IMG/VR virus record: IMGVR_UViG_3300009103_002144
Span: 1-64,000 of that record
Direction: 5' to 3' (one strand)
Source of the DNA: a virus
Length of the DNA: 64,000 nt
The stretch's first letter is position 1. Every line of letters begins with the position of its first letter. Shown here piece after piece: positions 42,401 to 51,514 of this stretch. The notes under the pieces are model-generated. The model saw nothing but the letters and a program-made list of their open reading frames with translations, was not told the DNA's origin and searched no databases. The position numbers and the translations under genes were made by a program.

Positions 42401-44262
42401 CTAGCATCTTTCCAAAAACTGTTGTATGCTGGACTGGCTGTCGAGGGACCATTTTCTCCCCATAACTGATCCGCAGCCCTAATGTTGGAACCCGACACTC
42501 CGGGCATAAACTTTCTGTCCCACCGCTTTTCGGCCACGTTGTAGTATGCCATTGATGCAATTCTACCCTGCAAAGCGTCAACACCCATCACAGCATCTTC
42601 AATAGTCGGTATTGGAATCTCGATTGTTATTGCATCACCAAGCCGCTGATCTAGTCCTGGATAGACATCTGGACGAACCGCAATTTCATCAATAACGCTA
42701 GAGTCAGCTGATGCTTGAGCATCATTAAACGGAGATATCGCACCGCCCAACGCATCCAAGACAGTATTCGCCATGGTGTTGGATGGAAAAGTTCCTGAAG
42801 CGATTTGTACCTTATTTAATAATAGCGTCTCTTTGTGCGCAGCATGAGGTACTACCGTACCAGTCGCGAGGAGTCTAAACTCGAATGGTGTATCGTGAAT
42901 ATCTCTAAACTGGCCATCTTTTAGCGGTATCCGGTTCGCGGCGCGGTACTGCCCATCCAGACTCGCTGAATATGGAAAATACGAAGCATTATAGAATATC
43001 CCGCCCGAACCAGAATATAGCCGAGCTGGAAGCATCTCAGGATAGACCATTAGTTCCTGTAACGTTCCTGAAATAAAGGACCCGAAGTTTAGCTCATTCT
43101 CAGAATTATACGGCGATATCGAAACTTCTTTCTCTGGCATTATGAAGGGTGATGCCGGGTATGAATCCATCGTATCAAAAATCTGCTGGACTCTCTTGAC
43201 CGGGCGACTATCAATTCCTGATTTATATTGTCTCTCGGCGAGGTGCGCTTTTGCTATAGCATCCATATCGTCCGGAGACAACACTCCTCTCCAGGCAGCA
43301 AATTCTGCGACATGAACCCCCTCTATAAAATCCGAAGCCCTATAATCGGCATTAACACCGCCGGTGGACTCTCCATAACCCATATAAACTCGAGGAACAC
43401 CCACCAAAGTCTTTAATGCGTAACCGCTGGAATCGTGGCTATGAGCGGAGTGGAGCAAATGACCCGAAACCATATCATAAACGCGGAGCTCATAGTCAAA
43501 CGAAGTGCCCACAACATTTTGGATACCAATAAAGACTGTACACCACTGTCCGTGCTTGATCTTGCTCGGACTTGGAAGGCCCTGGCTCTTATATCCAGAT
43601 ACTCCCCGAACATACACATTAAAGTCAACATCCCCATCAGAACCATCGGCGGTTAGCGTTAACGCAGCATTGGGTCCGGTAGCGTCTGTAATCTGCCAGA
43701 CTGATTTCTTGACCACAGTCGTACCAGCTACGTTGGGTTCGACCATGATCCTGAACATGAATGTAGACTCTGAAGCGATCTTAGTCTCGTTCGGCAACTT
43801 CACATCACAAAATGCAGAGGCATCTTTTAGCCCTACAAAAGTCCACCCTGGTTGATACATAAGTCCGAAAGAAACTGCTCGCTGTGTATATTCAGCGATC
43901 ATCTTTGTAGTGGAACCCGCAAAATTTGTATGCGAAAGAACAGTTCCTTGAAACGATCCGCTCTTATAAAGCTCTCTATTTGTCAATTCCCCAACGCCAT
44001 CTATACTTTTGTGGTCGTCGTCTGGAATTCCTCGTTGAAAACTCCACACATGTGCTGTATTCACCCCATCTATAAAGTGAGTAAGACTGTCTCTGGACTG
44101 GAATTTGTTGAATCTAACATTTGAAACAATTTTGGGAGGAATAGTCGGGGTTTGGCCAGCTGCATTCGAGCCGGACATAGAAAGCTTTAAAACCCCCTTC
44201 CCAGGAGCTCCTGTGACATCACCTGCTAAATCAGGTACAAATATTTTTCCTACATTCTTCAT
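36415..44262 (-). CDS. Giant virion structural protein with N-terminal LamG-like domain
   Basis: 2615 aa; QWCTVFIG...RVYMG...HVAEFAAWRGVLS LamG-like pattern; G/P/W/Y-rich body; within the baseplate/fibre block. Confidence 0.7.
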   Translation of the reverse strand: MKNVGKIFVPDLAGDVTGAPGKGVLKLSMSGSNAAGQTPTIPPKIVSNVRFNKFQSRDSLTHFIDGVNTAHVWSFQRGIPDDDHKSIDGVGELTNRELYKSGSFQGTVLSHTNFAGSTTKMIAEYTQRAVSFGLMYQPGWTFVGLKDASAFCDVKLPNETKIASESTFMFRIMVEPNVAGTTVVKKSVWQITDATGPNAALTLTADGSDGDVDFNVYVRGVSGYKSQGLPSPSKIKHGQWCTVFIGIQNVVGTSFDYELRVYDMVSGHLLHSAHSHDSSGYALKTLVGVPRVYMGYGESTGGVNADYRASDFIEGVHVAEFAAWRGVLSPDDMDAIAKAHLAERQYKSGIDSRPVKRVQQIFDTMDSYPASPFIMPEKEVSISPYNSENELNFGSFISGTLQELMVYPEMLPARLYSGSGGIFYNASYFPYSASLDGQYRAANRIPLKDGQFRDIHDTPFEFRLLATGTVVPHAAHKETLLLNKVQIASGTFPSNTMANTVLDALGGAISPFNDAQASADSSVIDEIAVRPDVYPGLDQRLGDAITIEIPIPTIEDAVMGVDALQGRIASMAYYNVAEKRWDRKFMPGVSGSNIRAADQLWGENGPSTASPAYNSFWKDARSFLLNSCSIGFAGTSGFSIFSDEGANALMDLSTRGRPTSMYGFPHTDQYVAESTQTINIADYINEPFLLEKISVEFDAEVEEAGPGSIATHIKTPGRWKQATQWYKFKFGANHGVTKTKAGVPGASMFYRSYESFELGNSTSINWPAPDPPGWYNVVTPNVLQISNQWPRYGAAQETLGLADSAQFGFTPLAQLTAQAHMSPFPTFVGGSTRPAYAEFFDVYENEAPDVAKAGSSASNFYKEFIWNEAQVNKGLVGSTTYGHGFPISIDRLFAIQDTSNDPGTYSGIGHQQWRGWYNESNAHTAAIGNPDFLASVTGYHSSRPTLTQYYNIPAGVFLPQIERAPQPAYGPANKGRRDGVVTGGAVKLLFGGISGLVTGSYTPHPGHAQNYYSSGSDPRVTDHFQRWNKKNFESRNYVSFIDSFAITSGGIMTRTAGIRNDGTPFTTKYPDDYMPKATGGAPFWRCDTFFLLHQKKGKNRFVGGEFDIITAPEKNSFERLQGETKSTVVGNYNHLNGGTSALTGLPGRYLPQQSHQSAVLAAAAADGLGGGWVGGNAASFTPIMGRRSRIRIEETLNEFTSSARTTNRELITYAQMTHYGYAAAEAVIPGEIIPPENYYVSPSLAEGSQPVSHVATNAPSGIDINGHLLPVSRSFYSQAIKLGATNVGWAQVGSTQLDAYYKIVGPGARSAWGSQTLLYNSTNGSSTPESQYYTTSSDQAKTQYGSTNFPTPGPTLEYGISGMWSSRGTNMPGTLSNPLYLDPGAGSGNGLFWRFSEYDAVGDAGVSSDAYITPYKTGKPFMRQFRWEQWFENPVYCGFADRVVDTSTNLMTNGGGGRWQGFPMPLIGNSQTNAGKTGGNDVKYMKGVPPASVPISLPNVQSDGEVQSGSWCGGKLNYMQIDWRYQCGTHYNSAMDSAPIGLVSGPRYRKGETNGDWTTLAVQGRPSTMLTYPWYAVGGHSPTGSDYIGSMVSSASQPWHGTAITRSGFSLISSPTTPVPSGTHPDLAIFGSFHNPGRNWARGGIGGWCDINVPAYRRTDRYITSSAPVKLSNWLDAGLSRDLDIEVTWKMKHSRTDVNGGEAGFTILTASTVFPPGDLAGRFNGDHKLRATFKERRLLNAGKFRIVSDIKSQPISAGDSSALFVHTAPAKRQYLVGTGAMAGAADYEVNHTTREHGENSRFANDRIWWRAYAIEGGYIGDTQASEWQHLVGNPPQLTSGRRYVAAMAANRPITTYQISGTRREMLESNVPQWAPGPGLFRAGYSANANWNNPFGMVEAEGVLAGRVNQVGVGSYNQEQQQKELGLSPVEWSRAYAPITSASLYLDKPKTSLYLLMPGDEIVLGFQPSLQGGNRGNNTIPMNPNVNPYGPWRDGVYDRQGIPTGSAYNPEWNYALDSARSEKVDSRGQGGYHLRRGPNKVITRNAKKVSINNANMETVYEPRSSFTLKKSRNAKLVLYGTLLRNKKHLPPDSTVPPQRTNVVHQAIMGAPVTDQFQIEPTYAYTGSYIAHHITGNIQYTQRNRYDMALPQFTEGINLLIRSPFSRLSPSYVPLGGPYSVYGEYTRRVYRPNARDNQKTWFGLGLPDADGIAGDAGTTPYWPKAPSTSISMGISGSIQRFVRLSDDSEYYYDSFPPNPSRMWDIDLLMSGGVSGPQISGPSPEAFDSAQTDKTLSFNLGTTSWVYTWSTPWNGGTEATPNEELDERPMWPNPYYLPSFPFEERYSTLKRAIVTTEGLNTSGSRASVFVPKDNYQNALAWKSALAKLSNSGRTFPTGSQALVTSIRIADGVNDRMFEAISWAKPKGNTQAWSGAKKVDNPAGQLNIVMASIFGFWKTEWGDRPLPTVGRLFPNTDTTQIGFTNWAPKAQLDHPSGWKYGLINFRKQSTSAVFRYDRFGQFRDMLEQRQYSRFYDTGDEHTPAGLQEPAVSCIFVDGDGLPLSDPRETSCLNVSSEMTSSVPYKEGETSRTFLFSRQTVTISPLVQSFTASPFLSSLG

Positions 44263-46275
44263 CTACCAATCACCGTATACAATTGAACCAGCTTTCTTGT
44301 CAAAGTAAAATCCATGAGTAGCTGTTTTCTGCTCAGGATTCGTTAGCGCGCCACAAGACGAGCTATTAAGAAGTTTTAGAGCGTTTACCGTACTTCCCGG
44401 TCGTTCCACTCGACCATCCCGTAATGCCCCATAAATCTTGGCACTATAAATATTCTTGACTTCCGTGGCGGAGAGAGCTTTATCCCACAACGCAGCGTCT
44501 GCTAGATAGCAGGGTTTACTGTTGGCACCCAACACACCATCCCAGTTCGCTCCGGTATCGTTGAAGTAGCCACCAATTGTCGCGCGCTGTGCGAACGAGG
44601 TTTCGATACCGCCGACCTCCGTGTTTGGGACATTGGGAATCTCTATACACGGAGTTAGGTTTGATTGGGCGCCGGCTACCAAAGTCCCATCATAATAAAT
44701 TGACCAAGGATCATTCGACCCATCACACTTTGTCGCGTCGAAGACGGCAACAAAGTGGTGGAAGGTATTTTTCGAAATAGTGCCAGCAATGCTAGTGTAT
44801 AAATTATCGGTATCGGAACCCACAGACCCCTTCCGGATTGCCTTTATATAGTCATTTCCACCACTCGCCTCAATCCAAAAATTGATGAATGGTACGAAAT
44901 CACCGCTGGGACCGCCGAAGACATTAAAGAGGGTACCCATCTCCCCCGCGCTAGGATTATTCACATTAGCACCAGCGTTACCAATCTGGACCCAGCAAGC
45001 ATATGTAAATGACTTTGCCGTGCCAGCAGTAAAGTTACCACCAATGAGATCGTTCAATGATCCCGACGTTAAACCGAATATATCCAGCTGACAAGATCCA
45101 TCAAATAGAGCAGAGCCCTTCTGGATAAACGCACTTGGTGCGTTGGTATTGGGTTCCATAGCGTTCATGCCAAGAAATGTACTACGTGCAAGTGACGAGC
45201 TCAACACACTTGAATTGGGGATCTCATACCAGGAGGCAAAGACACCCCCATATCCACCAGTGCCGATCGGCGGGGAGCCGGGCCATGCTGACTTATCTCG
45301 ATAGGCGCCGGTCGCACTCTTTGCTATATCGTCTAGAGTAAACCGCCACCAACCTATCAAGTCATCTCCACTCGTATAGTATTGACCTGGAATTGATTGC
45401 CATCTAGCATTGAGATCATACTGCACGAGCGGGGATGGCGTATTTGGCTGCTGGGCGTAAATTTTTGAATATATAATTTCGTGAACGTCTGTCGAGATAT
45501 AGGGGCTGATATCTTCTCGTACGAGACCCTGATATCCCTGTAAAGGCTGAGCTGAATATGGGTCGGTCCAGGATGCGGATACAGCCGTAAAAGACATTCT
45601 TGAAGCAACGGGAATATCTCTTGCATGAAATGCCGCCATCTGACTTGGTCCATCAAAAAAAGGAGTCAAAGGGGGCGCAGACTGATACCAGGTGTCTGTT
45701 ATCTCAGTACTCCCAAATGATGTCTCTGAAAATGATCCTACAACGGCCCCACGAGGTCCACGACCTTCATGCTTTAAGTCAATATAGCCTAAAATTTCTC
45801 GTCTTATGTCAAATACTTCTATCACTCCATCAAATTCATGATCAGGAAGAATTCCCGCATTCCATAAGTTGGCTGGCCACATGGTGTGGCCTGGATCTTG
45901 AAGATACGATACAGGATCAAAACCGCTGATATCTGCAAATGGTTCGCCCCGTTGAGTTGTTGGGGCCTGTCCAAAGGTCATTCTCTCAAGATCGAATCCA
46001 ATTCTTGTAGAGATTACAGAGCCACTAACTCCCCGCATATCAGCTGTATCATTATTTATGACTAATGAATCATCAAACTCATTTTCAGAAAGTGGTGAGG
46101 AGCCCTTATACAGCTTTGTTCGTGCCCCCGAGCCGATACGAGGTAAAAGACTTCCGAAATAGGCAGCATCTGTATTTGCATAAATTCCCTGATAAGAGTA
46201 TATAATGGACCCAGAAGGTGAGGCTGTTGAGCCCCTCGTCCGGCTACCGCTCAAAACTCTTTGTGTCGTTCCCAT
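44263..46275 (-). CDS. LamG/concanavalin A-like domain virion protein
   Basis: LIGWWRF...SALFDG...SFTYACWV...FHHFVAVFD...IYYDG...ATIGG...LADAALWDKALSATEVKNIY. Confidence 0.75.
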   Translation of the reverse strand: MGTTQRVLSGSRTRGSTASPSGSIIYSYQGIYANTDAAYFGSLLPRIGSGARTKLYKGSSPLSENEFDDSLVINNDTADMRGVSGSVISTRIGFDLERMTFGQAPTTQRGEPFADISGFDPVSYLQDPGHTMWPANLWNAGILPDHEFDGVIEVFDIRREILGYIDLKHEGRGPRGAVVGSFSETSFGSTEITDTWYQSAPPLTPFFDGPSQMAAFHARDIPVASRMSFTAVSASWTDPYSAQPLQGYQGLVREDISPYISTDVHEIIYSKIYAQQPNTPSPLVQYDLNARWQSIPGQYYTSGDDLIGWWRFTLDDIAKSATGAYRDKSAWPGSPPIGTGGYGGVFASWYEIPNSSVLSSSLARSTFLGMNAMEPNTNAPSAFIQKGSALFDGSCQLDIFGLTSGSLNDLIGGNFTAGTAKSFTYACWVQIGNAGANVNNPSAGEMGTLFNVFGGPSGDFVPFINFWIEASGGNDYIKAIRKGSVGSDTDNLYTSIAGTISKNTFHHFVAVFDATKCDGSNDPWSIYYDGTLVAGAQSNLTPCIEIPNVPNTEVGGIETSFAQRATIGGYFNDTGANWDGVLGANSKPCYLADAALWDKALSATEVKNIYSAKIYGALRDGRVERPGSTVNALKLLNSSSCGALTNPEQKTATHGFYFDKKAGSIVYGDW

Positions 46276-49200
46276 TATATCTTCCTAACCTGCGCTATCA
46301 ATTGTCTCAAAAGAATTATTCCTTTTAGATTTCTTCTTGTGCTTTCACCAAGATAAACATCACCATATTGATGAGCAACCTTTGCACGCTCAAGTGCGTG
46401 GCTCTCCAGGATGAAATTAAATCCAAGGTAATTCGTTTTTCGAGGTATTAGATTCTCAATCATAACATCGAACGAATCATCTAGCCAGCGGAAAAAATCA
46501 AAGAAGTTCTTATAGTTTACTGTATCTGTAAGTCTATTGAAATAAACTTTCCGAAGATCAGCAAGCCCAGGGTATTCTTCTGCAAACATTAGTTCTGGAG
46601 CACCGAGAATATTATCTAATGAATCAAGGGTCGCAAAAATCTGCATTATATCTTCATTCAGTGCTTGCATAACAGAGAACTCTATAGCAAATCGGGCATC
46701 GTCTTTTGGCTCATAAGCTCGAGGCATTTCATATATTGGTGCCGGTCGGCCTCCTATCTCAAAAAGATTCTTACCCTCTGTAAATCCTGCGATTCTTACC
46801 TTGTTCTCTTGTGTAAGTTCATCGTAATATGCAGATAGAGCACTAAAATCAAACCTTTCAGGAACCAGCACTCCCTTTGATACTTCAAACCCTCTTAATA
46901 TTGCGCCATACTCTGATGCTGTTACGAACAAAGACCCACCAGCCATACCTGCCTCAACTGTCATTCCGCCAATATAGGGAACTGCGGATCTGTTCAATTT
47001 AGACTGTTGCGAGAAATCTATTAATTGTAGCGTACCATTAGATAAAGACTCTGTTACAGGTTGATCGCAAGAAATGTTAAGTCGTAACCTATTGAAAGAC
47101 CCTGTCGCACTCTGTGCAAACGAAAAATTCTTTAGTGGGTCTTCAACGCCCACGGACTTGAAATTTCGGACGTGCTCTTTGACTTCATCCTTCGTTAATG
47201 CTTTCGAGAAAAACCTTAGATGACTAACCTTACCAGAAAAGTTAGTTGTTCGAGGAGCAGATGCTGATACTTCTGTGTGGTTATTTAAGAAACCAATTGA
47301 CGAATCTATCCCCAGAGATTGAGAACCAATCGTTATAAATGAGCCGGACGTATTCTCAGTTGTGATTCTTTGAAATAAGTTTTTATTGGGGTCATCGGCC
47401 TCGGCCCACATAGAAGAAGTGGTATAAAATTCTCTAATTGTTCCGTTCTCTTGTCTAGCAACATTCAAGAAATAGCTAGAAGATACTGCATTACCAATTT
47501 CATCACACCGCTTTCGGCCGGCTGACACATACCACTTGTCACCCGAAAATACGTTTACTCCGCTTAGAGTAAGTTCGATCAATGGAGCAGCTTGTTCATC
47601 ACCCGCTTTCCAGCCCGGGCGAGCAAATAACTTTATATTATAGTCTGACGGATTCGCAACCACGTTAAGCAAAAGAGGTTGTTCTGATGCTGCGGCTGTC
47701 CCTTCTGTTCTAGAGCCTGCGCCAGTTGTGTGGAGCCTGAATAAGCTCTGTGATTTTCTCCATTCTATTGTTGGGACAAACTTAAATCTGCCCTCTACAG
47801 TCCAGCTACCGGAAGTTAATAAGCCGTCATTCTTACCATCTGATATACCCCAGGGGAAGTAAGGTTTTATAGCATGACCCTCAATCCATACTTGTGTATT
47901 TTCGTCCACGAAGGTTGAGCTAGCTGATAATGGTGGCCACCCAAACTCGACCCTAGAAGAAGAGAGATACGTAGATATGAGATTTGAGCGATTACCATAA
48001 AACCCTTGTGCTTGAAGACTCCCAATTTTTCCAGCCAAACTACCAGAGAAATTAGCCATGCTCGAAATCTCAGTTATATTTTGTCTTGAGCTGCCAAGAC
48101 GAAACTCTGGTGATCCACCATATTCAATAAATCGAAACATTCTGTTGGGATCTATACCTGATGCTCTAAACAGTGACTTGATGGCATGTGTTGTTCCTTT
48201 TGACGAAAATATATCTCTTAAATTAATCAACACCCTTCGCCACATTTCATTTTGAACATTCAAAAGATTTCCAACGGGATTATCTCCGGCAACATCTTCT
48301 CCTTCAAAAAGTTGGCTATGTGTAGCATTTCTGTACATGTTCGGAAGCTTAAATCCGTAATAATCCGCCAAGAATGGTAAGAATTGGTCTGCTATAGATT
48401 CATGACGATCATAATCAATGTGAACAAGATTACTAACATGATCCAGCATCTGCTTTAGCTCATCGAACTCTCTAGCCCACATAAACAACATTGATGAAAT
48501 AATCTGGGGTTGACCCATACGAGCACCACCAGGAGCAGAGTTGCTAGCTGGCTGATCAGCTGCTCCCTGAATTCCCTCAAGAAGTGTTCCACTCGCGTCA
48601 CCACCTACGCTATAATCAGACTGTGCTGCCATTTCCATATAGTGCGCAGGAACCAATTTCGTAATCGTGTTCGGATTATTCGCATCATATTGTGATGCGC
48701 TCATCAGAAGACCTTCATTCATCGTAATAACTGACGGATATGATGGAAATAACACCGGACTTATTACGGCGTTTTCGAACCTCTGGATTGAAGGATAAAA
48801 CTTTTCAGACCGAACGTAAGTTTCGTAATTTGTGATTCTAGAGTGGAGCGAATTTCCGCTGTGGTCTAAGACAACATCTTTATTGGTATAAGATCCTGTC
48901 GGTTCATTAAAGCGCATATTCAATAAAAGAGAATCATCATCAGCAAAAACGATTCGAGGGTTATTATATTTTAGCTGCCTTCTGGTCCTGCACTTATCCC
49001 ACACACGGAACTTATTCAAAGATCCGCTCAAAGTCTTATCAGGTGTGAAGATAACTTGCTCATTTTCAGTAGTGATCTGTGATCCTGTACCGATAAGCAA
49101 AGAATTTCCCTGTGTATTTATCATCCCAAAATTAAATCGAGGGGATTGAGCAACTACTTTACTACCGCTTGTTATCTCTAATCTTTGGATGTCAGAGTTA

Positions 49201-49952
49201 CGATTATACCCAAAAGAAAGATTGTAGAACTTCCCTTTTTCAATCTCATACTCCGCTGTTTGATAATTACTGCCGCTCACCACAGCAAACCCAATACTGG
49301 CCTCTTGTATAGACGTCGACTCCATGAGGTAAGCGCCGTATCCTACACCAGCATCGGAAAAATGATGAAAAATGAATTGGTTATCATTCACCTGGGTAGG
49401 GAGTGCAAGATCAAGTTCAACGAATATACTGCTATTTCTTGGGTTCAGAACAGTCAAGCCGGAATTATTCTTTGATAGTGATGGAAAAAGAACACCTGCT
49501 TTATCTATAACTTCGATATACGGACCTGGCCCAGAACCTACTGTTGCATTACTACCGCTAAAGGACAGATACCCTCTATAGCTTGGATATCTATCCACGA
49601 TATGCTTTTCCCAGCCCGTTAACTGGTCAAGCCAATCGTTATACTCTTTCTTTGTACCATCAAAAGGAAATCGATTGATGATCTTTTCAAACAAGATATT
49701 AACATTTGCTTCAGCAGAGCAAAAGAAGGTGTGGTTTTCCCACTTTGACCAATCTGTTGGTAATTGCTGCGTTGACTTAAGTGGCGAACCGGGAGGGTCA
49801 TAACGAAATGAACCAGTTGGAGACATTGGTTCCTGTGAGCCAGACAACGAATCTTGTGTCTGACCTCTTAAAACACCGGAAGAATTTGTGTATCTTCGAA
49901 TAACATTAGGTGTAAATAATCTTTGACCTTCGAAGACTCTCTTTTTAGCCAT
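46275..49952 (-). CDS. Baseplate wedge protein (gp7/P2 gpI-like) with LamG domains
   Basis: QFLPFLADYYGFKL...WRRVLINLRDIFSSKGTTHAIKSLF resembles the P2 gpI/gp7 core; flanking LamG-like domains (FRVWDK, LRFFSKALTKDEV); follows gp6. Confidence 0.7.
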   Translation of the reverse strand: MAKKRVFEGQRLFTPNVIRRYTNSSGVLRGQTQDSLSGSQEPMSPTGSFRYDPPGSPLKSTQQLPTDWSKWENHTFFCSAEANVNILFEKIINRFPFDGTKKEYNDWLDQLTGWEKHIVDRYPSYRGYLSFSGSNATVGSGPGPYIEVIDKAGVLFPSLSKNNSGLTVLNPRNSSIFVELDLALPTQVNDNQFIFHHFSDAGVGYGAYLMESTSIQEASIGFAVVSGSNYQTAEYEIEKGKFYNLSFGYNRNSDIQRLEITSGSKVVAQSPRFNFGMINTQGNSLLIGTGSQITTENEQVIFTPDKTLSGSLNKFRVWDKCRTRRQLKYNNPRIVFADDDSLLLNMRFNEPTGSYTNKDVVLDHSGNSLHSRITNYETYVRSEKFYPSIQRFENAVISPVLFPSYPSVITMNEGLLMSASQYDANNPNTITKLVPAHYMEMAAQSDYSVGGDASGTLLEGIQGAADQPASNSAPGGARMGQPQIISSMLFMWAREFDELKQMLDHVSNLVHIDYDRHESIADQFLPFLADYYGFKLPNMYRNATHSQLFEGEDVAGDNPVGNLLNVQNEMWRRVLINLRDIFSSKGTTHAIKSLFRASGIDPNRMFRFIEYGGSPEFRLGSSRQNITEISSMANFSGSLAGKIGSLQAQGFYGNRSNLISTYLSSSRVEFGWPPLSASSTFVDENTQVWIEGHAIKPYFPWGISDGKNDGLLTSGSWTVEGRFKFVPTIEWRKSQSLFRLHTTGAGSRTEGTAAASEQPLLLNVVANPSDYNIKLFARPGWKAGDEQAAPLIELTLSGVNVFSGDKWYVSAGRKRCDEIGNAVSSSYFLNVARQENGTIREFYTTSSMWAEADDPNKNLFQRITTENTSGSFITIGSQSLGIDSSIGFLNNHTEVSASAPRTTNFSGKVSHLRFFSKALTKDEVKEHVRNFKSVGVEDPLKNFSFAQSATGSFNRLRLNISCDQPVTESLSNGTLQLIDFSQQSKLNRSAVPYIGGMTVEAGMAGGSLFVTASEYGAILRGFEVSKGVLVPERFDFSALSAYYDELTQENKVRIAGFTEGKNLFEIGGRPAPIYEMPRAYEPKDDARFAIEFSVMQALNEDIMQIFATLDSLDNILGAPELMFAEEYPGLADLRKVYFNRLTDTVNYKNFFDFFRWLDDSFDVMIENLIPRKTNYLGFNFILESHALERAKVAHQYGDVYLGESTRRNLKGIILLRQLIAQVRKI

Positions 49953-51508
49953 TACGAAACAACCCTAAAATTAATTTCTGGTACCTTCACAAGCCTCTCG
50001 AGGCCTCTATCGACGAGCAATAGGTCAACGGTCAGCTGCCTATTTGCGGGAAGGCCAGAGGTCCTAAATTGCATATACATACCTGAACCATCTGTCGATA
50101 CGCGGGTGCTCTGGTATGTCTTATCAAAATCAATGATAACAGTACCGGTCTGTACATCTTTTATCCTATAATACGCTTCATCTATGATAATCGTTTCTAG
50201 CTTTCGAGGAAGCTTATAAGCTTTTTTATTCGAATCAGCGTCCAAATCTTCTACGAAAAACCTAATCGTTGCCTCAACATTCTGTTCATATTCAGGCTGC
50301 GCTCCCACAGGAGTAAAGAGAAGTCTTCTATTTGAAAATCCGCCGACAACGCGCTCTGGTTTTTTGACAGTAATCGAGCCAGTATAAAATCCTACGGTCT
50401 TATCCATAGAAGACCAGATCTCTTGTAATTTTAGCTCGTTATTATGCTTAAGTGTTTGAAAGAAATTCGAATCGAATTGTGATAAGTTGAATGTGCCAGA
50501 ATATACTCCCGTCATTCCCTGACCTGTCGTACTACCGGTATGCTGAGAAGCTGTAACATAGATATTCGCCTCTCTAGCAGTATCGCCTGAAGACGAAACA
50601 AATCTTAAAAGAATACAATCCTGACCCTGAAGCTTTGTTAGCGATGACCCACTAACCAGCGCCGCTGGACGACCAGCTGTGAGGTTTCGTAAGAATAAGC
50701 TTGACGATACGTTAAAAAGAAGACCTTTGTGTTTATCCTGAATACTATCGTCCCAAGTAAACACAAGTCGAGGTGTTATCAGCGGATCTCTTGCATGACG
50801 GGAAGCAAATCGTTTTACGAACCGAGTTTTTCTATCACTTTCATAAGTACCACTGTACGTTATTCGAAATCCATGATTTTGTACGATATTTGCTATTGAT
50901 GCAGAAACAACTTTCGTAACATTAAGAGATAATTTTCCGGGACCCTCCCTAAAATACTGGGTTGAACCAAAATCAATCGTCTCGCTACCTATTGCACCGC
51001 TGATCATATAATCTATATCTTCATCCCCCATAAAGCCTCGAGCACCTGACCCAGAAGTGTTCCATAACATTACTGATGTGGGAGAATAAGAAGCGGTGAT
51101 AAAGTTCGCGGCGTCGATATCACTAAACTGTGCTACATTTCTACCAGAGCCCTCGCTCCAAGATCTAGAAAGTGGAAACGCTACAATCTTAAAGTCCTCT
51201 GGGACTGGGGCACCGAGAACCGCTTCGAATAATTCAAGCTTTACCTGAAATGATGGATGATTGATATCAAGAGAAGAAGATGTAAGATCAGATACTTCGT
51301 TATAATCAAATTTTATCAGGATCCGAGAAAGCTCATCAACAGAAGAAGTTATTCTGGTGGATGCTGAAATATATGATGACTCATCCCACAGCTTAAATAA
51401 ATCAAGTGTACCAGCTCTACCAACGTTGGCGTCAGTGGCCTTGAACTTGTTGTCTATTACCTTATTTGTAATGTACGTGTCTGCGCTAGCTGTCAGGATA
51501 TAAAACAT
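49952..51508 (-). CDS. Baseplate-associated structural protein (DNRLRE-like beta domain)
   Basis: ADTYI...SRILIKFD...SWSEGSG...KRFASRH...PRLVFTWDDS; between gp6 and gp7-like genes. Confidence 0.55.
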   Translation of the reverse strand: MFYILTASADTYITNKVIDNKFKATDANVGRAGTLDLFKLWDESSYISASTRITSSVDELSRILIKFDYNEVSDLTSSSLDINHPSFQVKLELFEAVLGAPVPEDFKIVAFPLSRSWSEGSGRNVAQFSDIDAANFITASYSPTSVMLWNTSGSGARGFMGDEDIDYMISGAIGSETIDFGSTQYFREGPGKLSLNVTKVVSASIANIVQNHGFRITYSGTYESDRKTRFVKRFASRHARDPLITPRLVFTWDDSIQDKHKGLLFNVSSSLFLRNLTAGRPAALVSGSSLTKLQGQDCILLRFVSSSGDTAREANIYVTASQHTGSTTGQGMTGVYSGTFNLSQFDSNFFQTLKHNNELKLQEIWSSMDKTVGFYTGSITVKKPERVVGGFSNRRLLFTPVGAQPEYEQNVEATIRFFVEDLDADSNKKAYKLPRKLETIIIDEAYYRIKDVQTGTVIIDFDKTYQSTRVSTDGSGMYMQFRTSGLPANRQLTVDLLLVDRGLERLVKVPEINFRVVS

Positions 51509-51514
51509 TTTTTA

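Noticed and set aside
29906-44262. Diversity-generating retroelement acting on fibre genes
   Set aside because: No reverse transcriptase in the window; the repeats are in-frame coding duplications and I saw no adenine-specific template/variable pair.
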